NCBI GenBank assembly: GCA_965200245.1
Contig: CBDATS010000004.1
Location: 1,184,001-1,248,000, forward strand
Source of the DNA: a bacterium
GTDB lineage: Bacteria > UBA8248
Direction of reading: 5' to 3'
Length of the DNA stretch: 64,000 nucleotides
The translations under genes were made by a program, and so were the position numbers. Shown here in pieces: positions 1 to 9,942 of this stretch (its first letter is position 1; each line of letters opens with the position of its first letter). The notes under the pieces are model-generated. The model was not told where the DNA came from and did no database searches. It saw nothing but the letters and a program-made list of their open reading frames with translations.

Positions 1-1
1 G

Positions 2-187
2 CGATTTCGCGAGATGCTCGAAGGCGAAGGCCCCATCGGCCGAAAGCTGGATTTCCTCACCCAGGAGATGAACCGGGAGGCCAACACGATTTCGTCGAAA
101 TCCATCGACCTCGCCCTGACCCAGAGTGCGGTCGAGGTAAAAAGCGCCATCGAGAAAATCCGCGAACAGGTGCAAAACGTCGAATGA
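2..187 (+). CDS. yicC: YicC/YloC family endoribonuclease, C-terminal part (5' truncated by window edge)
   Basis: Frame 2 reads ...GRKLDFLTQEMNREANTISSKS...IEKIREQVQNVE*, the conserved YicC C-terminus; overlaps gmk start as in the usual yicC-gmk arrangement. Confidence 0.92.
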   Translation, partial: RFREMLEGEGPIGRKLDFLTQEMNREANTISSKSIDLALTQSAVEVKSAIEKIREQVQNVE

Positions 188-765
188 TGCAGGGCTGGGG
201 CCACCTATTCGTTCTTTCCGCTCCTTCGGGGGCGGGTAAATCCACGCTCATCGACCGCTCCTGCCGGGAGCTTCCCAAAATCTGGCACTCGATAAGCGCT
301 ACGACGCGCCCCAGACGCGAATACGAACAGGACGGGGTGCACTATTTCTTCCTGGAGAAAACACGGTTCGACGAGATGATCGCCGGAAACGAATTTCTCG
401 AATGGGCACGCGTTTTCGAGGAATACTACGGAACACCCGTCGAGGCGGTGGACACACGCCTGGCCGGCGGAGATGACGTGATCATGGATCTGGACGTGCA
501 GGGTGCGCTGCAAGTCAAGAGAAGACGTAAGGAGGCAAGCCTCATCTTCGTCATGCCTCCTTCGCTGGACGAACTCGCAAGGCGCCTTGAAAGCCGTGCG
601 ACGGAAGCCGACGAGGACGTCCAATTCCGGCTATCGAAAGCCAGGGAGGAGATGGCACAAAGCCATCAATACGACCACGTCATCGTCAACGACGACCTGG
701 ACGCCGCGTTCTGCGAACTCAAAAAGATCATTCTCAGACAACGCGGAGAGGTCGGTTCCCCGTGA
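184..765 (+). CDS. gmk: Guanylate kinase
   Basis: P-loop SAPSGAGKST, SATTRPRR, DGVHYFF, FLEWARVF, YYGT motifs. Confidence 0.97.
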   Translation: MMQGWGHLFVLSAPSGAGKSTLIDRSCRELPKIWHSISATTRPRREYEQDGVHYFFLEKTRFDEMIAGNEFLEWARVFEEYYGTPVEAVDTRLAGGDDVIMDLDVQGALQVKRRRKEASLIFVMPPSLDELARRLESRATEADEDVQFRLSKAREEMAQSHQYDHVIVNDDLDAAFCELKKIILRQRGEVGSP

Positions 766-2000
766 GCGAACAGGCGCAGGCCCCTCTCGGCGGCAAGAAA
801 ACTGTACTCGGCGTATCGGGCGGCATCGCCTCGTACAAGTCGATTGACCTCGCCCGTCTGCTCGTGCTCGACGGGGCCGAAGTACATACCGTTCTGACGC
901 AAAGCGCCGCCTCATTCGTGCAGCCCCTGCCCTTCGAAGTGCTCACAGGCGTGACACCCATCCAGAGGATGTTCCCGATCGAAGGAGGCGAATCCACAGG
1001 CGACATGCCGCACATCTCCCTGACGGAGGGTGCAGACCTCATTATTATCGCACCGGCTACTGCGAACATCATCGGGAAATTCGCACAGGGGGTGGGGGAT
1101 GATTTTCTCTCCACGCTCCTTTTGTCCGCAAAGCCGCCCGTGCTTGTCACTCCCGCCATGAACCCGCGCATGTGGGCCTCACCCGCCGTTCAGAAGAATG
1201 TCACCATCTTGCGCGAGAGGGACCATCTCGTGATGGAACCGGGCGTGGGCCGCATGGCGCGTACGGAGGAAGGAACAGGCCGCGGGCGCATGCCCGAGCC
1301 ACAGGAGATTCTTCTGGCCGCGCGATCGATTCTCCTCCCGAATCCCGACCTGGCCGGCATGAAATTGATCGTCACGGCGGGACCCACACGGGAGAGGTGG
1401 GACGCCGTGCGCTATCTCTCGAACCGGTCGAGCGGCAAGATGGGCTTCGCTCTGGCGGGAAAGGCAGCGTTGCGGGGCGCGGAAGTCCTTCTTGTAAGCG
1501 GCCCCGCTGCCCTTCCCGATCCACCGGGCGTTCGCGTCGTTCGCGTGGAATCGGCCGCCCAGATGTACGAGGCGGTGAAGAACGAATGGACACACACTCA
1601 CGCCATCGTCATGGCTGCCGCCGTGGCGGACTACCGGCCGGTCCATCCATCAAACCAAAAACACAAAAAAAGCGACGGGCCCCTAGCTGTCGAACTCGAA
1701 CGAACGACGGACATCCTCGCCGAACTCGCGAAGGACAGGGGAAGCAGAATCCTGGTCGGCTTCGCCGCCGAGACCGAAGAAGTGATGGCGCGTGCGAAGG
1801 AAAAACTCGCGCGAAAGGGGCTGGATATCATCGTGGCGAACAGGGTCTCGGGTGACGAGGACGCGATGGGTGCTGACGTCTCGCGTGCATGGCTCATCGA
1901 CTCGAAAACGACCGAAGGACTCCCCATGCTCGAAAAAGGGATTGTTGCCGAACGCATCCTCGACCGCCTCGCCAGGATGTGGCAGAATCACCAATCATGA
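762..2000 (+). CDS. coaBC: Bifunctional phosphopantothenoylcysteine decarboxylase/synthetase
   Basis: GVSGGIASYK, APATANII, PAMNPRMW, TAGPTRE, SNRSSGKMG, AAAVADY, GFAAET motifs. Confidence 0.97.
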   Translation: MSEQAQAPLGGKKTVLGVSGGIASYKSIDLARLLVLDGAEVHTVLTQSAASFVQPLPFEVLTGVTPIQRMFPIEGGESTGDMPHISLTEGADLIIIAPATANIIGKFAQGVGDDFLSTLLLSAKPPVLVTPAMNPRMWASPAVQKNVTILRERDHLVMEPGVGRMARTEEGTGRGRMPEPQEILLAARSILLPNPDLAGMKLIVTAGPTRERWDAVRYLSNRSSGKMGFALAGKAALRGAEVLLVSGPAALPDPPGVRVVRVESAAQMYEAVKNEWTHTHAIVMAAAVADYRPVHPSNQKHKKSDGPLAVELERTTDILAELAKDRGSRILVGFAAETEEVMARAKEKLARKGLDIIVANRVSGDEDAMGADVSRAWLIDSKTTEGLPMLEKGIVAERILDRLARMWQNHQS

Positions 2001-2034
2001 TTTCTGATTCAGACGCGTCCGTCGGTCCAAGAGG

Positions 2035-2892
2035 ATGAACCGCGCACAACTGGCCAAAGAAATACTCGGACACCTGAAAAACCAGCACGCCGCAGGAATC
2101 GGCTACGTGAGTCTGGGCACTCCGGGTGCGTCAGTTCCCAAAACGGCGTGCCCGGTAACGGTTCCACCTCCCAACACAAACGAGCCCGGAACAGTTCCCG
2201 AACAGAAGGCCTTGATTCCGCAGGCGACACCCGAAACTACCCTGGCCCCAATGGCGAAACGCAGAGCCTCCGGTCCCGAGCCACCACCCCTGCCATTCGA
2301 TCCTGAAGCCGAGATAACGCTCGACGAGCTTCACGCCGCCGTGGCCGGCTGTCTGCGCTGCAAGCTTGGGCCGGGCCGGACGAACCTCGTGTTCGGGGTG
2401 GGGAACCCGGCGGCGAACCTCGTCATCGTTGGCGAAGCGCCAGGGGCGAACGAAGACGCGGAGGGGATTCCCTTCGTGGGACGTGCGGGCCAGATGCTGA
2501 CCAAGATGATCGAAAACGTCATCGAGGTTCCACGCCAAGAGATCTACATCTGCAACATTCTGAAATGCCGCCCGCCGGGCAACCGCAATCCCGAACCAGA
2601 CGAGATAGACTGCTGTGAGCCGTATCTCCACAAGCAACTCGCCGTCATCCAGCCCCGGCTCATCCTGGCACTCGGGAAATTCGCCGCGCAGTGGCTGCTC
2701 CAGACGAAGACGCCCATCGGCAGGCTGCGGGGGAAGTTCGGGCGCTACCAGGGAATCCCCTGCCTATCGACGTACCACCCCGCTTATCTCCTGAGAAACC
2801 CGCGCGACAAAAAGCTGGTGCTCGAGGATCTGCTCAGGGTGAAGGCCGTCTACCACGGAGAGGCAAAGGCGGAAATCGAACTCTTCCGCTAG
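2035..2892 (+). CDS. Uracil-DNA glycosylase family 4 (4Fe-4S) with Pro-rich N-terminal linker
   Basis: CxxC, VGEAPGANED, PFVGRAG, KCRPPGNRNP, TYHPAYLLR. Confidence 0.93.
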   Translation: MNRAQLAKEILGHLKNQHAAGIGYVSLGTPGASVPKTACPVTVPPPNTNEPGTVPEQKALIPQATPETTLAPMAKRRASGPEPPPLPFDPEAEITLDELHAAVAGCLRCKLGPGRTNLVFGVGNPAANLVIVGEAPGANEDAEGIPFVGRAGQMLTKMIENVIEVPRQEIYICNILKCRPPGNRNPEPDEIDCCEPYLHKQLAVIQPRLILALGKFAAQWLLQTKTPIGRLRGKFGRYQGIPCLSTYHPAYLLRNPRDKKLVLEDLLRVKAVYHGEAKAEIELFR

Positions 2893-2910
2893 CAGGAGAA
2901 GCGAGGCGGG

Positions 2911-3396
<486 letters not shown>

Positions 3397-3505
3397 TTAT
3401 TCCAGACTCAAAATATGGAAACTCACGTTGCTGCCAAGGTTTTTTTCATTTGCAAGTCAAACCCGCCACCAGGAGATGTTCGATTTCGCCTTTGAGGCCA
3501 CAGCC

Positions 3506-4201
3506 ATGAATGCAACTTTCGATCCGGTGAAAACAGGTACCTATAGTATCTCCGAAGCGGCCCGTTGCATCTCCGCTCCATATTCCACGATTTCCCGCTG
3601 GGCGGTAGGTCCCGGAACCAGGGCTTCACTCTTGAATATACCGTCCAAAAAACCAAACCTCATATCGTTCATGAACCTTACCGAACTTCACTTATTATGC
3701 ACGATAAGAAGAGAACACAAGATATCGACGCAAAAAATATTCAGTGCCATCGAATATCTGAAAAAATACGGAAAAAGCGAAGATGAGAAAAATTATCCTC
3801 CGGTCTGCAGCAGACTGCATGTGTACAGGGATCGCAGAGATCTATTTGTAAGGCACCTGGGCGTACTCGCAGAGACGAGCCGTTCCGGTCAAATCGCTAT
3901 GCACGACCTTATCGGCCTGGCTCTCGACAGAATCGAACTGGACGAAAAGGGCCATCCCGCGAAGTTCTATCCTTTCACGAGATACAGCATAAGGGAAAAT
4001 CCTCCCAGAAAAATTGTAATCGACCCTCAGATATCTTTTGGCCGTCCCGTCATATCAGGCACTGGAATTTCCATGAACATCGTTGCCGGCAGATATAAAG
4101 ACGGGGAATCCATTCGTTCGCTCTCCAAAGATTACGGATGTTCGACACAAGACATCGAAGAAGCCATCAGGGTCGAATTGCAACCTGATGTCGCTGCATG
4201 A
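3506..4201 (+). CDS. DUF433-domain antitoxin (VapB45-like: N-terminal HTH + DUF433)
   Basis: YSISEAA HTH, ISFMNLTELH, IVIDPQISFGRPVISGTGI, IEEAIR; ATG at 3506 preceded by GAGG. Confidence 0.85.
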   Translation: MNATFDPVKTGTYSISEAARCISAPYSTISRWAVGPGTRASLLNIPSKKPNLISFMNLTELHLLCTIRREHKISTQKIFSAIEYLKKYGKSEDEKNYPPVCSRLHVYRDRRDLFVRHLGVLAETSRSGQIAMHDLIGLALDRIELDEKGHPAKFYPFTRYSIRENPPRKIVIDPQISFGRPVISGTGISMNIVAGRYKDGESIRSLSKDYGCSTQDIEEAIRVELQPDVAA

Positions 4202-4582
4202 AATACCGATCTTTTTTCTCGACAGATGCCTGGGGAGACGTCTGGTTGCATGCGGTTTTCGAAAAGAGAGTTTACGATGCGAGGTTAACGGCGATCACCT
4301 CGCCCAAACCGCAACCGATGAAGATGGCTCAGGTTCACGGTGGAAAACGGTTGGATAGTCATCACCAAAGACAAAAGGGTCAGGAACCGAACATCTTTCC
4401 TTCACTACCTGAATACCTGGTCAGGGCGGGTCTTCGTTATTTCAACCCGGAACAATTCGGCTGCAACGATGATTGAATGCATTTTGAAGGCGAAGAACCG
4501 AATCGTAAGGTTTATCGAAAAGAATGAAGCTCCATTTATAGCCAGCATCTATCCAAACGGAAGCCTGAAAAAACACGAGTAG
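4188..4582 (+). pseudogene. VapC45-like PIN toxin with a 1-nt frameshift near 4324
   Basis: MSLHEIPIFFLDRCLG...ATDED continues in the -1 frame as WLRFTVENGWIVITKDKRVR; FFLDxxLG / DxxW / WIVITKD are PIN-like motifs; overlaps the DUF433 stop. Confidence 0.75.
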
Positions 4583-4663
4583 AAAACGAAAAATGGGTTT
4601 TCCCGGCATTTTCTACCCCTGAAACGGATTTCCTTCCACCTGGGAAACAGGCATACAATTCCC

Positions 4664-6130
4664 TCACTTGTCCTTCCTTCGCGCCCTTCTGCCCGGCATG
4701 GCGGGGTCGGTGGGGCGGCGATCCTCCATGGACTTCTCGTTGGGCACGTTCAGCCGTTCACCCAGGCGCTCGTTCAAGATTTCCTCGCGCATGGTGAGCC
4801 TTTTCCGGACTTCCGCCTCGTAACCCCGCGAGGTGGGATGGTAAAACCGCGTACCCTGAAGACCTTCGGGCATGCCCTCCATCTCCACGACCGCGTCGTC
4901 GAACTCATGTGCGTGCTGGTAGTCCCCGCCGTAGCCCAGGTCGCGCATGAGGCCGGTGGGCGCGTTTCTCAGGTGAAGCGGAACGGGGGCAGCGTCTTCC
5001 TCGCGCACGGCGCGCTCGGCGGCACCGAAACCCCGATAGACCGCATCGCTCTTGCGCGCCTGGGCGAGATAGACAACCGCCTGGGCGATGGCGAGCTTCC
5101 CCTCGGGGAGGCCGATGAAGTGAAACGCCTGCTGGGCCGCCATCGCCACGCTCAGCGCGTCCGGATCCGCCATTCCGACGTCTTCCGAAGCGAAACGCAC
5201 AAGACGCCGCAGTATGTACATAGGGTCTTCACCACCTTCGAGCATACGCGCCAGCCAGTAGAGGGCGGCGTCAGGGTCGGAAGCGCGCAGGGTCTTGTGA
5301 AGGGCGGAGATGAGATTGTAGTGTTCCTCGCCTGATTTGTCGTATAGAAGCGTCTTGCGCTGAGCGGCTTCACCCGCCAAGGTCAAGTTGATGCGGCGAT
5401 CCCTGCCCGCGAGGGCGGCGGTGGCTTCCAGGATGTTCAGGGCCGCGCGCGCGTCGCCACTGCTCAGGATGGCGACACGGCGAAGCGCATCGTCCTCGGC
5501 TTCAAGCTTCATGGCACCCAAACCGCATTCTCTATCTTCGAGTGCCCGGCGCAAAAGCGCTACGATATGCTCTTCCTTCAACCCTTCAAGCACGAACACG
5601 CGCGCGCGGGATAACAGGGGAGCGATGACCTCGAAGGAGGGATTCTCCGTCGTGGCGCCGATGAGCGTGAGCGTGCCGTTTTCCACGTGAGGCAGCAGAC
5701 CGTCCTGCTGGGCCTTGTTGAAGCGGTGTATCTCGTCGATGAAGAGAATCGTGCGCATCTTTCTTTGCTGCATGCGCTTCGCCTCGTCCACGGCGGCGCG
5801 CAACTCTTTCACCCCGTGGAGCACTGCGCTCAGCGTGATGAAGTGCGCACTCGTTTTTATTGCGATGATGCGCGCGAGCGTCGTCTTGCCCGTGCCGGGC
5901 GGCCCCCACAAGATGAGCGGACGCAGGCTATCTTCCTCCACGGCGCGCCTGAGTACGCGGCCGGGGCCAATCAGATGATCCTGGCCCAGCACCTCATCGA
6001 GCGTCTGCGGCCGCATGCGCTCTGCCAGGGGCGCCATGGAATCGGCTTGGTGCGTGCGTGCTTCGGCGGTGCTATCGCCGTCATCCGTCTGATCGAACAG
6101 GCCTCTTTCCAATGGCGTTCTCCCTATCAA
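4664..6130 (-). CDS. rarA: Replication-associated recombination protein A (RarA/MgsA AAA+ ATPase); start uncertain
   Basis: PLAERMRPQTLDEVLGQ, WGPPGTGKTT, DEIHRFNKAQQD, GATTENPSFEV, ISALHK, VPLHLRNAPT. Confidence 0.96.
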   Translation of the reverse strand: MIGRTPLERGLFDQTDDGDSTAEARTHQADSMAPLAERMRPQTLDEVLGQDHLIGPGRVLRRAVEEDSLRPLILWGPPGTGKTTLARIIAIKTSAHFITLSAVLHGVKELRAAVDEAKRMQQRKMRTILFIDEIHRFNKAQQDGLLPHVENGTLTLIGATTENPSFEVIAPLLSRARVFVLEGLKEEHIVALLRRALEDRECGLGAMKLEAEDDALRRVAILSSGDARAALNILEATAALAGRDRRINLTLAGEAAQRKTLLYDKSGEEHYNLISALHKTLRASDPDAALYWLARMLEGGEDPMYILRRLVRFASEDVGMADPDALSVAMAAQQAFHFIGLPEGKLAIAQAVVYLAQARKSDAVYRGFGAAERAVREEDAAPVPLHLRNAPTGLMRDLGYGGDYQHAHEFDDAVVEMEGMPEGLQGTRFYHPTSRGYEAEVRKRLTMREEILNERLGERLNVPNEKSMEDRRPTDPAMPGRRARRKDK

Positions 6131-6600
6131 CCGATATGACCTATTGTAGCACCCACATTCGTGGCTTTCGAAACGAGTTTCCGTTTTGGAACGGAGGGAG
6201 AAAGTTCTTTCACGTTTCCTCCCTCTCCGGTTGCAGATGACCCTGGCATGACAATGACCTGACAGAAAATCAGGATCGTCATGATCAAGTTCATTTCGGG
6301 GTTATCGTTCACAGTTCACATAACAGAAGATTTTGCAAAACATCTTTATGGTTCCCGAATTTTTCCCCAGGATAGGACACGGTAGCGGTGCCGGGAAATT
6401 CTGCCATGGCCCGAGAGGCACACGATAACGGCAAATGCGAGGAATTGCAGGCCGTTTAGACCCAGGCGCGAAAAAAGAACTGTTACAACCATTTGATAGA
6501 ACTTGAGTTATAACGAAGCTGCCAAAAGGTGCCGCGAACGATACCCACGGGCTTCGTTTTGTGGTTTGATGAGGTATCCCTATGTCGCGCAGGAGGTTGT

Positions 6601-6990
6601 ATGGAAAAGAAGGTGATTCATACGGATAAGGCCGCAAGTGGCAAGGTTCCGCTCTCCCAGGCCATTCGGGTGGGAGAATGGCTCTACTGTTCAGGGCAGT
6701 TACCCCTTGATCCCGCGACGGGAGAACTGGTTCCCGGCGGTGTCCCCGAACAAACGCGCCGGGTCATCGAGAATCTCAAGGCCGTTTGCGAGGCGGGCGG
6801 CACCTCGCTTGAAAACGCCGTAAAGGTAACGATTTTCATGGAAGATCTGGCGGATTTGGGAGAAATGAACGCTGTGTTCGAGGAATACTTCGGGACGGAA
6901 ACCCCGCCGGCGCGGACGACATTTCAGGCGGCAAAAATCATCGCGGGCGCCAAGCTCGAAATCGAACTGCAGGCGTTCATCCCCCAGTAA
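6601..6990 (+). CDS. RidA/YjgF family enamine deaminase
   Basis: SQAIRVG..LYCSGQLPLDP, VKVTIF, PPART, IE; ATG at 6601 after AGGAGG. Confidence 0.9.
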   Translation: MEKKVIHTDKAASGKVPLSQAIRVGEWLYCSGQLPLDPATGELVPGGVPEQTRRVIENLKAVCEAGGTSLENAVKVTIFMEDLADLGEMNAVFEEYFGTETPPARTTFQAAKIIAGAKLEIELQAFIPQ

Positions 6991-7017
6991 TCGCCCCAAG
7001 AACAAGAGGAGAATCCT

Positions 7018-7647
7018 TTGGCCACGAGAGCACCCTTGGTGGGTATCCTGATGGGTAGCGCATCGGATAAACCGGTGATGGAAGAAGCCGCGAAAATGCT
7101 CGAATCCTTCAACATTCCCTCCGAGATGAGAATCCTGTCGGCTCACCGAACACCTGACGCCGTGCACGAATACGTCAAAACGGCACCTGATCGCGGAATC
7201 CGGGTGCTGATCGCAGGCGCGGGCATGTCGGCGCACCTGGCGGGCGTTGTCGGAGCCGCTACGGACCTGCCCGTCATAGGTGTTCCACTCGATAGTTCCT
7301 CACTCGGAGGCCTGGATTCTCTGCTATCCACGGTGCAGATGCCTCCTGGAATCCCCGTGGCCACGATGGGCATAGGGGGTCCCGGCGCCAGGAACGCGGC
7401 ACTTCACACCGCTCGAATTCTCGCGTTGACGGATCAGAAACTGGCGAAAGAATACCGGCGTTTCGCACAACAGCAAACCGAGAAGGTACTGTCTGCAGAC
7501 GCCGCTCTCCAGAAGGAAATCGCTCCGGCACCCACCCCGGCGCAAAATGAAGGACCGGAACAATCGAAGGGCAACGAGAGAAAAAGTTTCGAGCAGAAAC
7601 CAAGACCCAAGCGGAGTCGAGCCAAGAGAACGTACCGGAAAAAGTAG
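7018..7647 (+). CDS. purE: N5-CAIR mutase with basic C-terminal extension
   Basis: MGSASD, SAHRTP, AGAGMSAHL, LPVIGVP, STVQMPPGIPVAT. Confidence 0.95.
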   Translation: MATRAPLVGILMGSASDKPVMEEAAKMLESFNIPSEMRILSAHRTPDAVHEYVKTAPDRGIRVLIAGAGMSAHLAGVVGAATDLPVIGVPLDSSSLGGLDSLLSTVQMPPGIPVATMGIGGPGARNAALHTARILALTDQKLAKEYRRFAQQQTEKVLSADAALQKEIAPAPTPAQNEGPEQSKGNERKSFEQKPRPKRSRAKRTYRKK

Positions 7648-7650
7648 ACA

Positions 7651-8301
7651 GTGAGCAGAATCCTGCCTGTAAACATCGATTCACCGGAAAAAGAAGCAAT
7701 TCTTCAGGCCGGCGAGAAACTGGTTTCGGGAAACATAGTCGCTTTGCCCACGGATACGATCTACGGGTTATGCGCCTACGCTTTCGACCACGAAGCCATC
7801 GAGAAACTCTATGCAGCCAAGGGGAGAACAGACTCGAAAGGCGCGCCCGTTCTAATCGGCTGTCGTTCCCAACTAAAAGGACTTGCCGTTGACTTCTCTC
7901 CGCATGCCGCATACCTGATGAATTCATTATGGCCTTCCGGGCTGACTCTTGTGCTGCCCGCCGCTCGCAACCTGTCTCCCCTGCTTACCGAAGGCGGGTC
8001 ATCCGTCGCCGTTCGCATGCCCGCTCAAGCGCTTTGCCGTATGCTGGCCATAAGGGTTGGCCCGTTCGTGGCGACGAGCGCGAACACACCCGGCGAACCG
8101 ACACTTCAATTCGCTCAGGAAATCTTCTCCAGATTCCAAAACAAAGTGGGACTGATCCTAGACGGCGGAAAACTGGACAATACCCAGCCTTCCACCGTCG
8201 TAGACGCCAGAGGAGAGAAGCCCAAGCTCCTGCGCGAAGGCAAGGTGGATTTCGACTCGGTGGTCCGCGCCTGGAATCAGGCCGGAAAACCCGCACCCTG
8301 A
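7651..8301 (+). CDS. tsaC: L-threonylcarbamoyladenylate synthase (TsaC/YrdC domain)
   Basis: PTDTIYGL, KGR, AVRMP, TSAN, PSTVVD, LREG. Confidence 0.92.
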   Translation: MSRILPVNIDSPEKEAILQAGEKLVSGNIVALPTDTIYGLCAYAFDHEAIEKLYAAKGRTDSKGAPVLIGCRSQLKGLAVDFSPHAAYLMNSLWPSGLTLVLPAARNLSPLLTEGGSSVAVRMPAQALCRMLAIRVGPFVATSANTPGEPTLQFAQEIFSRFQNKVGLILDGGKLDNTQPSTVVDARGEKPKLLREGKVDFDSVVRAWNQAGKPAP

Positions 8302-8303
8302 AT

Positions 8304-8606
8304 TTATTCGGGTTCAGGCATATTCAGGACGATCCGTCCCTCTCCTTTGATGATACATTGACAGGCCAGGCGATATTCATCCGGGTTCCATCCATATGCA
8401 TCCAATGTATCTTTTTCGTCTTCTTGTTGTGAAGAAAGAAACTCGGCTCCGGAAATCACGATCACCTTGCAAGTCGAACAGGCGCAATTTCCGCCGCAAT
8501 CGCATGTATGTTCGACTCCATTCTCCAGGTCTGCATCCAGAATGGAATCCCCGATCTCAGTCTCATATTCGACATCGAGATTTTCATATCGAATAGTGCT
8601 CAACAA
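8304..8606 (-). CDS. [2Fe-2S] ferredoxin (adrenodoxin-type)
   Basis: CGGNCACSTC and RLACQ motifs. Confidence 0.9.
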   Translation of the reverse strand: MLSTIRYENLDVEYETEIGDSILDADLENGVEHTCDCGGNCACSTCKVIVISGAEFLSSQQEDEKDTLDAYGWNPDEYRLACQCIIKGEGRIVLNMPEPE

Positions 8607-8778
8607 CCCACCTCCCTAAGAAATAACGATCCAAGAAGTTTCTACCGAACTTTTTCGTCAAGGGTTAAATCTATGTCTTTTTTCTCCTTTTCAACAAGTA
8701 CGTCCCACAATTTCAGGGGACTTGTTCTGAAACTGTCACAAGTACGAATACGGAAATTCACGACACACCGAAAATGCA

Positions 8779-9510
8779 CTAAACCACGCCTTTCGGGGGG
8801 AGCACCACCATCGATTCCGTCCATGCCCTGCGGGATTGAGAAAGCAGAAACTCCATGGCTTCCGCCACCAGATCAGGCGGAATCATCGCCTCAAAATCGA
8901 ACTCGCCCGGAATGGATTTCCACATATCCGTTGCGCAGGCACCGGGCCGGAGAATCGTGAGCCGTATTCCCTTTGGCCTTAACTCTTCCACCAATGCCTT
9001 GGATAGACCCTCAAGACCGGCCTTGGCGGCGCAATAAGCCGATGCCCCCGGAAAACCTGACACCGCGCTAAGCGAGGAGACATTGATTACATCGCCATTC
9101 GCAGCTTCCAGCATGGGACAAAACACCTGAGTCAACATGAAAGGAGCTGTGAGGCACACCGAGATCGTAGCATTGAACTCATCCACCGAGAGGTTTTCGA
9201 TATCTTTGAAAACACCCGAGCCCGCATTGTTTATGAGCGCATCCACGCCTCCGAGACGTTTCTCGGCTATTTCGGCAAGCGCTCCCACTTCATCTTCTTT
9301 GGTTACATCGCAACTGTGCGGAAAAATCTGTCCCACGCATCCTTTTGAATCAAAAGCCAATTTCGCCAAGGCGTCGGCATCCCTCGATACGGCAAGCACT
9401 TTCGCTCCCGCTTTTGCAAGGCGGAGCGCACTCACTCGACCAATCCCACGAGAAGCCCCGGTGAGAACAATGCGTCTTTTCTCGAGATTTCTCGGTTCAC
9501 CTAACGCCAT
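8779..9510 (-). CDS. SDR oxidoreductase, possibly sepiapterin reductase-like
   Basis: TGASRGIG, NNAG, YCAAK, PGACATDMW; start overlaps the PTPS gene end. Confidence 0.8.
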   Translation of the reverse strand: MALGEPRNLEKRRIVLTGASRGIGRVSALRLAKAGAKVLAVSRDADALAKLAFDSKGCVGQIFPHSCDVTKEDEVGALAEIAEKRLGGVDALINNAGSGVFKDIENLSVDEFNATISVCLTAPFMLTQVFCPMLEAANGDVINVSSLSAVSGFPGASAYCAAKAGLEGLSKALVEELRPKGIRLTILRPGACATDMWKSIPGEFDFEAMIPPDLVAEAMEFLLSQSRRAWTESMVVLPPKGVV

Positions 9511-9925
9511 CGGGATTTTCTCCATGATAATCCACGAAATTCCGCTCGTTTTCATACAAACGAACGCGAAAAAGAATTTCCGGGTCGATATACTCCACCA
9601 AGCATTCCCAAATGGAAATCGCGATGTTCTCCGCTGTCGGGATGCGGTTCTTCATGAACTCCGCCGCGTCTTCATTCAAATTCCTGTGATCAAGCGCTTC
9701 TACGATTTCCTCTCTCATGACCTTTTTCAAGTCGGCGAGATTATATGCCATCCCTGTTTCACGATTCACGGGGCCACGCAGGGTTACTTCAAAAACATAA
9801 TTATGTCCATGATAGTGTGGGTTGGCACATTTTCCGTACACGGCCACATTTCGTTGATCGCTCCAGTCGGGCCGATACAATCGATGTGCAGCGGAAAATT
9901 CCTCTCGCCTGGTTATCTCGATCAT
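9497..9925 (-). CDS. 6-pyruvoyl-tetrahydropterin synthase / QueD family (Cx5HGH type)
   Basis: FSAAHRL, GKCANPHYHGHNY, LDHRNLN, PTAENIA, RLYE. Confidence 0.9.
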   Translation of the reverse strand: MIEITRREEFSAAHRLYRPDWSDQRNVAVYGKCANPHYHGHNYVFEVTLRGPVNRETGMAYNLADLKKVMREEIVEALDHRNLNEDAAEFMKNRIPTAENIAISIWECLVEYIDPEILFRVRLYENERNFVDYHGENPDGVR

Positions 9926-9942
9926 CTGTCCTTCACCTACGC

